Assembly (NCBI GenBank): GCA_016618085.1
Contig: JABLTG010000028.1
Location: 62,001-126,000 of the forward strand
DNA from: Neovahlkampfia damariscottae
Taxonomy: Eukaryota
DNA length: 64,000 nucleotides
Direction: 5' to 3'
A program made the position numbers and the translations under genes. A model generated the notes under the pieces. The model was not told the origin of the DNA. It worked only from the letters and a program-made list of their open reading frames with translations, and searched no databases. Below are positions 56,307 to 64,000 of this stretch, piece by piece (the stretch's first letter is position 1; the number at the start of each line of letters is the position of its first letter).

Positions 56307-57812
56307 CTACTTCTTTTTAGAACAAACAGAAACACAACTCGTGATCATGAATTTGAAATCTTTCCAATTCAGCATCCCAAATAGAATGATGAAACTTGTT
56401 GAAATTACTCCAACTGAATAAACAGGAAAAGTTAACATATACCAAGCATTTGAAATGTAATCTTTCGCAATAAGAAATTGAAAAACCAAATTTAAAGTTA
56501 AAATTCCCCAAAACATCATGTTAAGATTTGCAATCAACATGAATCGTGTAAATTTTAATTTGATAAATAAATTGAAAATATTTCCGTAGTCTTCCTTTAA
56601 AACAGGATTTGTATAAATTTTGATAGCTATTACAATTCCAGAGATTGATATCAAAAGTGATGATAAAAAAAATAAAAATGGAAACCAAATTCCCCAAGAC
56701 CCCACAAAGAAAATGAAAATTTTTCTTTTCCAATCATCAACAAAACCATATAGAGCATAAAATATAACCTCCAACATAAAAATTATTGGAATACAAATGA
56801 CGGAAATTCCATAAATGATTTTACTTCTAATTGATAATTTTCTGTGTTGATAAGATTTCATTTCTTCGATAAAGTGAAACCAAAGAATTGATATCAATAT
56901 AAAACATATAAATATAACTCCAAAACAAATTGGGATTATAAATGATTTCAAAAATAATTCAAGTAAAGCTAAATCAGCAATTGACATTAGAATACAAATG
57001 ACTGAGATTAAAAAATTGAAAAATCTAATTTGATTTGAAAGACTAAATACAATACTCAACTTTTGACAAAATGTTCGATGTGAGTCTTTTTTCTGTTTCA
57101 ACTTTAATTTAATGGTGAAAACTTCTGGTAAAAAAATGAAGACAAAATTGAATAAAAACAAAATTACAGAAAATACCAATAAAATTATTGAGCTATAAAG
57201 ATTATAAACCCAAAATAATACTTTGTGAACAAAATTATCTTTGTGATAAAAATGGCCTGTTGAATAATCAAAACATAAATTTAAATTCCATTCATAATAA
57301 ATACATTCTGAACTACTTGTACATTTGCAATAATTAGTAGATACCCAAGGACAAGTTTTGTTTCTAAAATTTTGAGTTTTTGTATGTTCACATTGAAAAC
57401 ACAATCGGTGTGCCATTATGTGTAAATTATTTGAGTATTTTTGAAATGATGATGGTAATGTATTATTTTTACCATTCTTTGAAAATAGTGGTTCGTTAGC
57501 TCCACAAAAATATTCTGAACAAAAATTTGTTGTTGTGTTAAAAATACTATCTGCATCTGTTAGTTGATTCTTAGCATCTTGACATAACTCTATGGAGGTA
57601 GAAAGTGTAAATATTGGTAATATTGGAGCCACCCAAATATGTTCATCTGTGATTTCAGGAATAAATTCAGTGTAATGTTTTTTGGGAAGAAAAATTTTTG
57701 TGAATCTTCCAGCTTCACCTGTGAGATTTTTTTGCAAAAAGTTTGTTATTCCTTGAGCATTTAAAACATTAAAAATGATAAAACACAACAGAAACAGAGG
57801 GTTTTTCCGCAT
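56307..57812 (-). CDS. Signal peptide + Cys-rich ectodomain + about 7 TM helices (GPCR-like membrane protein)
   Basis: Hydropathy pattern of the ORF read from MRKNPLF. Confidence 0.7.
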   Translation of the reverse strand: MRKNPLFLLCFIIFNVLNAQGITNFLQKNLTGEAGRFTKIFLPKKHYTEFIPEITDEHIWVAPILPIFTLSTSIELCQDAKNQLTDADSIFNTTTNFCSEYFCGANEPLFSKNGKNNTLPSSFQKYSNNLHIMAHRLCFQCEHTKTQNFRNKTCPWVSTNYCKCTSSSECIYYEWNLNLCFDYSTGHFYHKDNFVHKVLFWVYNLYSSIILLVFSVILFLFNFVFIFLPEVFTIKLKLKQKKDSHRTFCQKLSIVFSLSNQIRFFNFLISVICILMSIADLALLELFLKSFIIPICFGVIFICFILISILWFHFIEEMKSYQHRKLSIRSKIIYGISVICIPIIFMLEVIFYALYGFVDDWKRKIFIFFVGSWGIWFPFLFFLSSLLISISGIVIAIKIYTNPVLKEDYGNIFNLFIKLKFTRFMLIANLNMMFWGILTLNLVFQFLIAKDYISNAWYMLTFPVYSVGVISTSFIILFGMLNWKDFKFMITSCVSVCSKKK

Positions 57813-58063
57813 GTATTTGATTGGTGTTTTGTGATTCAACCAATCAGAATTTTGATTTTCCTTCAAAGAACAAATGAGCAAAATAGAGCATGTTGATAAT
57901 TTTGATACCCTCAAAATTAAAATAAACACAACTTGTATAAAATATAAACAAGTAAGATATTTAAATATTTTTCAAATTAAAGAAACTAAAAACAACACCT
58001 CACGACGAAATTGAAGAACTTTTAAAATTATTTCAAGAAGAAAGTGAAAAAAGTTTGAATAAA

Positions 58064-58525
58064 ATGTCAGAACTACAAGTACATGCTTTAAATAAAACCG
58101 GAAAATGGGAAAAATCCAAATTTATTCCAAACCAAGAGTATTTAGAATTAAGAAAAAATCAACTGTTAAATTGTATTCAACAAATTGAAGAAGTTATGAA
58201 AATGTATAAAGAAAAAATAAAAAAAATAGAAAGAAATGATTTAGATGAATTAGAAGATTTATCAAAAGAGACAAAAGAACCATACTTGAAACTTGATCCT
58301 TATCTTGAAGAAATACAAGATTTAAACAAAGACACAGAAGGAAAAATATCAGGAATGATGATTGAAAGTGAAATAGCCAAGGATCATTTGAATACTATTA
58401 ATGATGAAATGCAGAAACAAAATATCATTTTTGAAAATCAAAAATCAAAAATGGAGGATGTAAATAATAAAATGATGTCAAAAGAAAGTGATTTGGATAG
58501 TGTTTCAAGTTGTAATATTCAATAG
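58064..58525 (+). CDS. SNARE-motif protein with C-terminal CaaX-like CNIQ
   Basis: Coiled coil and INDEMQKQN SNARE-like core. Confidence 0.55.
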   Translation: MSELQVHALNKTGKWEKSKFIPNQEYLELRKNQLLNCIQQIEEVMKMYKEKIKKIERNDLDELEDLSKETKEPYLKLDPYLEEIQDLNKDTEGKISGMMIESEIAKDHLNTINDEMQKQNIIFENQKSKMEDVNNKMMSKESDLDSVSSCNIQ

Positions 58526-58630
58526 AAATATAAAAACTTTTTCGCATGAATTCGTTAATAAATAATTTTTCCGTTAAATACATCACGTCAATGAGCAGTA
58601 TTCCTATTGGTCAATTTGCTGAAAAAAACG

Positions 58631-60365
58631 ATGAACGTTTTGTTACAACTTCCTCCAAACCTTGCGGAACATTTTATCAGTAAATGTTATTATAGCTTTC
58701 CTACATGGGCTATTAATAGAGTTCATCCAAAAAACACATGGAGATTGATTGCTTTAGGAATTGCTCTTGGTTTTGGTTTACTTTTTTATCTACTTTCATT
58801 TTTAGCTTTTGTTTTTAACATTAGAACACCTCAAATTAAAGACAGGTACAGTGAATACTTTTTTTTTTTAACAATACTTTTTTTTTTTTCAGAGGTCCTT
58901 ACTTGTTACTTATTTCCGCTTTTGCTGGTTTATCTGCTTTACTTTATATGTTTTTACGTAATTTCTTTGATATCATATTGGTCTGTCCAATTACTTATTA
59001 CATTTTGCTTGTTTCAATTGTTTTATTTTTCCTTCCATATTTGCTTAGAAGTGTCAGAACTATTGTTGCTTGGGATTTCAATAAAAACAATGCTTCAAGA
59101 GTTGAAAATAGACGTGGTAACAAAAAACAGGAAGAAAAAGGAGCTACAACTACAACAACAACAACAACAACTACAACAAAAACTGTTGAAGGTTCAACAC
59201 CTGTTCCTGTTCCTGAAGGAGAAGAACCAAATGAAGAAGGTGGTGATAAAGAACTTCAAGAAATAAAAGAAGAAACAAAAGAAACAACAGAAGTTAAAGA
59301 AGAAGTACAAGTTGAAATCAAAGAAGAAAGAACAGCAGAAGAAATAAAAAAAGAAAAAGATGCTAGAGCAAAATTTCTTCAAACTCAAAAAAAAATCAAA
59401 TTTTTGTTGAAAGAATGGGTTCTTGTTTTATCTTTAGGTATTATTATGGTTATATGGCTTGTACTTGGTGCTATAGCTCATGGTATTTTAATTGGTGTTG
59501 GTTATATTGCATTTCAAAGATACGGTCTTTTAGATCCAACTTGTCAAAAACAATGTAATTTACATGAAGGATGGGCTTTAAGAATTTTCGTTTTTATTTT
59601 AGCTTTTATGATTATTATTTATATTGGTTTAGTTATTAGAATGTACAACATTAATGACTCTTTTTCAATCAGAAATGAATTAGCTGTACTTTGTATCTTT
59701 AGTATCTTTTGCGTTATTGGTATGTTCATTTTAATGTCATCTGGTTATGAATTTTGGTGGCCAAGAAATCCATACATTGGTTATATTTTAGCTGTACAAA
59801 TTGTTGGTGCCTACGTTATTTCATTACTTTATCCATTGTTCCTTGCTGTTTATGCTAAGATTTCAAAATTTGTTGAACAAAAAGGTTTACTTGATAAACT
59901 TTTAAAAAAAGGAGAATCATCATCAACAGGTGGAAAACAACGTAAGAAAAAACAAAACAAAAAATTAACTTTATAGAAATTACATTTGAATTCATTTTAG
60001 AAAATGCAAATGCAAGAGAAAAATTCAAACAATTTCTTGTTAGAGAATTTTCAGTTGAAAATTTAATGTTTTATACTGAAGTTGTTTATTTAGCAACATT
60101 AGATGATAAAGATGATATTGAAGATACAGCTGATTCAATTAATGATACATATGTTCAAGAAGGAGCTCCATTTCAAATTAGTATTCCAAGTGATTTAAGA
60201 AAGAAATGTAATGATGCTCTTGAAAGTGATGATATTACTGCTCCATTCAATGAAGCCAAAGTTGCTGTGGAAACAATCATGAAAGAACAATCATATCCAC
60301 GTTTCATTAAAAGCAAACTCTTCAAAGAATTATCTGCAGAAATTAATCCAAAAAAAAAACAATAA
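58631..60365 (+). CDS. 7TM-RGS protein, multi-exon
   Basis: Multiple TM helices, INDSFSIRNEL, then RGS core FKQFLVREFSVENLMF...SYPRFIKS. Confidence 0.85.
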
Positions 60366-60416
60366 TTATTTCATTTTACCAATCAAAACATTTTTCTTTT
60401 TCATTGGTCAAAAAAA

Positions 60417-62256
60417 ATGAAGATGCAAGTACAAAATTCTTCGTCTGTATTTCAAACAGGAATACAGAGATCTGCAGTAGTTAACTTAGAAGATATTATA
60501 ATGGTAAATTCTAATTCTTTTTTTTCTTAAAAATACAAAAAAGGAAAGAAAAACGGAAATCAAAAATTTAGCGAAATTAATAAAAGACCAAAATAAATAT
60601 AAAGGAAGAAGAACATTTCAAAAATTACCAAGATATGCACGTAGAAGAACAATGTCTTGGAATCTTCATCGTATTCCAAAATATTTACGAAAAGCTGCAA
60701 TGCATGAAACATTGCCTGCTCGTATAAGACACAGAAAAAGAAGAAAATTTGTTAGAAAAAAAAACATGGGAAATAAACCAAAAAGACTTAAAACTCATGT
60801 ATTTCATGCTAAACGATTCCAAATGCAAACCATGTTCAACTATAAAATCGTATATAAATTAATCATATAACTTTTTTCTAAGGCACTTCATTCATGTTTC
60901 AAAGTATTTAAAACAACATATAGATTTCAAAGACAACATTGTACTATTTTTGATTCAAGTTTTCATGTTTGTTTTCAACTTTTTTCAGAAACACAAAATT
61001 TAATTTTGAATTTTTTAAAAAAACTAAATTTTGACTTTAATTTTACAAATAGTTCATATACATCTGGAAAAAGAGAAGGAAAGGTTTTAATTTTTGAAGA
61101 TTATCCAATGAAATGTATTGGACCAATCTCATTCATTTGGAAACAAAAAGAAAAAGAAAAGAATTTTGAATTATTTTTATGGATACATCCATTAATGAAA
61201 GAAGATGTCTTGAAATTATTCAAAAATGAAAAATTTAAATTTATTCAAAGAGAAGATTTAAATAGATTTGAGTTAAGAGGTCCAAATTCAATATTTGCTT
61301 TAAATTCAGCTTTAAAAGTTAATCAAGATTTAAATAAAGAAGAGAATTTAAAAACATGGAAAATTATGAAAGACCACGTCAAAATTCCAAGTGCTTTACC
61401 AAGAAATATAATACTTTCATTAGGAATTGATCATCCATTATCAACTAAAGAAGATGATGAATTAAAAGATGAAATGATGGAGGAGGTGACTGAAACTTTA
61501 TCAGAAGAAGAAATGTTAATGTTGAATATACCAAATGATATTAGTTCATCAGATCTTTGGGATGATAAAGAATCTTATTCAGATGTTATGTTAATTCAAC
61601 AAGAAGGTGATTCAAATGGATTTGGTTCTGGTATTGATTTAATTTGTTCTTCTTCACATGCTTCTCATTTATATGCTCAAATTGCAAAATTAAGTAATAT
61701 ATCAACAACAAAAGTTTAATTTCTTTTTTAATCTTAGGTAGAGTTTTACCAATTGGTCTTTATGATAGGAATCGTATGTTGACAGAAATTGAAGTGTCAA
61801 ATTATCCACAAGACTTTCCAGATGCTTTATTCAATAAACAAAAAAAGAATGTTTTTGTTGATAGAAATATAAATAAAATTCAAATAGAAAAAGAAAAAGA
61901 TTGTTTAATTAGAGTTTGTTTAGAAATGAATAATGGAGGTCTTCCTCATGAAAATGGAATTATTTATAAAATGCCAAAAAAAAAAACAAAAAATGCTATA
62001 AAGGTATAAAGAAAGAAAATAATTTTATTGTTTTAAATAGTATGATGATAAATTAGAAGTACTAGGTTTTATATCAAGTCCAATTCTTTCTTTAAGAAGA
62101 GGTCATGGGTTTGCTGTTGGTTTTTGTGAAAAAGAGAAAATTTTAAAAATAGTGCCAAAAAAAACAATTTTGAAAACAAAAGAAGCTAATGTTTTAATTT
62201 GGAATCCAAAACAACAACATATGTATCCTGTTCATCTTTATATTTCAAACGAATAA
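60417..62256 (+). CDS. POP1: RNase P/MRP subunit POP1, multi-exon
   Basis: FQKLPRYARRRTMSWN, RLKTHVFHAKRFQM, RFELRGP, YPQDFPD, SLRRGHG. Confidence 0.9.
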
Positions 62257-62260
62257 AAAT

Positions 62261-62772
62261 TTAAAGAAAAGGTTTTAATTGTTGTTCTAAATTTTTTGAA
62301 TACAAGTCTAAATTTTTGACAAGTGAAGCCAAGTCATTTACTGATTTTTCAATTTCATCAATTTGTTGAAAAAAAGGTTCAATTTTTTCATCTTTTAAAA
62401 ATTAAATTTTGTTAAATTTTTTTTACATTCTTCTTTCAAATTTGTTAAATTCTTCTTCACTTGTGATGTTCTTTCTGCCATGTTTTCATATTTTGAACCA
62501 ACAGCAAAGTTCATTTTTTCTAGTAATTCCAATTCATTTAAACCAACTTGCATTTCTCCTTTTACTAATTCAGAAACATTTTCAAAAAGGTTCTCAATTT
62601 TTTTATGATTATGTTCACGTAAATTACTCTTGACTGTTGATTTATTTTGTTCTGTTGGTTGTTGAATATTTTCAGGTTGTTTTATTTTTTCTGTTGAATT
62701 TTCTTGAGTTTTTGTTTCTTCTTGGTTGTTTTCTTGATTTTGTTCAATTGGCACTTCTTCTTGTTCACTCAT
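62261..62772 (-). CDS. BLOC1S2: BLOC-1 subunit 2
   Basis: LELLEKMN...KYENM and spliced PFFQQIDEIE...LDLYSKNLE. Confidence 0.8.
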
Positions 62773-62973
62773 TGCAACTTGAATTTCTCAAAATAATTTT
62801 CTATTGGTGGAAAAATGGTTATTGTCAACTAAGTAAAGTTTATGTGGAAAAAGTAACAATTGTGAACTGTTGTATGAGATTTGAACAAAAAACATCAATG
62901 AAAAGGAAAACACAAATTAGAAGGGTTGCATGTTAATACATGTAATATTTTTGAAGAATAAAATTTTTATTTT

Positions 62974-64000
62974 TCACAGATATTTTTTTCTCAATTCTTT
63001 AAATTTTTCAGAATTTTTGAAACGTAAAAATGGTTCTTGTAATGAGCGTCCCACTACATGATTTAATAAACCATCAAATAAATCATCTTGGAATTTATTT
63101 TCGTTTATTTGACGATTCATATCTTTTGCAAATAATTTTTTCAATTTATGAGTTACATTAATTTCGAATTTTGCAGTAGATGAATTTATATAATCATCAT
63201 AAATTTGTAAAACAAGATCATTTCTATTTTCTTTTTGTAATTTATATTTTTCAACTACAATTACGAATAACAAAGGTTCTTGAGCAAATTCAGAAACCAA
63301 AAAAGTTTGAAAATAAGGTCTTAGATCGGGATCTGATAAAAATCCAATTAAACTGAAAGATGATTCCGTCTTTTTAATTTTTGAAGTTGAATCAATATCT
63401 GTTATTTTCATTTCATTTTTTGATTCAATTTTTTCTGTAGGTTTTGGGGATAAATTATTGTTTAATAGATAATTTGAAATGATTCCATCAACATCTTGTT
63501 TTTCAAGAACTCCTTTCAAGGTTTTTAATTTGATAAGTGTGTCTTTCAATTTTGGTCTTTTTTCATTGGATCTTACCATATCGAAAACAATTTTTTTAAT
63601 TTCATCATGGGCTGAACATTTCTCTATTTCTGTGAATAATTTTGTTTCTATATCATTAAACGATTGAATATTATAAGAAGATGAAAAATCACCAAATTTA
63701 TCTTTTTTCTTTTTCTGGAAAAGAATCTTTGATTTAGACGATTTTGGGGAATTCATTTCATCATTTTGAAATATATTTGAAATACTTTCAATTGATAAAA
63801 ATGTTATTAACCTTAAAAAAATAATTCCCAATGAAAATGTGTCAGATAATTTTGATGATTTTTTTTCAAATTTTTCTGATTTAAATTCAGGTGGAATAAT
63901 TTTGAATTTTGGATTTAATTCAATTTTGATGAATCCTGTATCCAAGTATAATTCAGAACACATAAGATTCAAATAAATTCTTTCTTCAGTTAATTCACCA
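62974..64000 (-). CDS. Kinase-like + RGS domain protein, 3' part
   Basis: IPPE...SDTFSLG kinase C-lobe and RGS FQTFLVSEFAQEPLLF...FEINV; continues beyond the window. Confidence 0.8.
   Translation of the reverse strand, partial: GELTEERIYLNLMCSELYLDTGFIKIELNPKFKIIPPEFKSEKFEKKSSKLSDTFSLGIIFLRLITFLSIESISNIFQNDEMNSPKSSKSKILFQKKKKDKFGDFSSSYNIQSFNDIETKLFTEIEKCSAHDEIKKIVFDMVRSNEKRPKLKDTLIKLKTLKGVLEKQDVDGIISNYLLNNNLSPKPTEKIESKNEMKITDIDSTSKIKKTESSFSLIGFLSDPDLRPYFQTFLVSEFAQEPLLFVIVVEKYKLQKENRNDLVLQIYDDYINSSTAKFEINVTHKLKKLFAKDMNRQINENKFQDDLFDGLLNHVVGRSLQEPFLRFKNSEKFKELRKKYL

Noticed and set aside
58680..58695. Possible 16-nt intron from an ATG at 58591
   Set aside because: An in-frame ATG at 58631 preceded by ATTGG explains the gene without it; other introns are about 30 nt or longer.

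Overview
Gene-dense, very AT-rich eukaryotic (protist) nuclear DNA with many 30-40 nt GT-AG introns, tiny intergenic spacers and a CCAAT/ATTGG box close to most start codons. The gene content (DUF4116 repeats, 7TM-RGS and kinase-RGS proteins, MACPF) suggests a heterolobosean amoeba, which is an inference. Housekeeping genes include Fe-SOD, CTP synthase, VAMP7, SLY1, DNA2, MCU, POP1, BLOC1S2 and SNAREs. Three regions stand out. (1) About 27.96-32.56 kb is an intronless, decaying endogenous virophage fragment. It has a 5'-truncated major capsid gene, a penton gene with one nonsense codon, a frameshifted cysteine protease, small viral ORFs, an initiator-type tRNA-Met, a second tRNA-like structure and three homologous ~100-bp inverted-repeat elements. 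(2) About 2.7 kb upstream is a double-viperin locus whose canonical first domain is internally deleted and whose second domain is divergent; duplicated 2H-phosphoesterases and a Cas4/RecB-like nuclease lie on the other side of the virophage. (3) At 1-12.6 kb, next to a double-MACPF gene, is a cluster of secreted, very cationic proteins, three of which share an ungapped 21-aa C-terminal motif. All calls come from manual motif recognition; no searches were run, and exon boundaries are approximate where stated.
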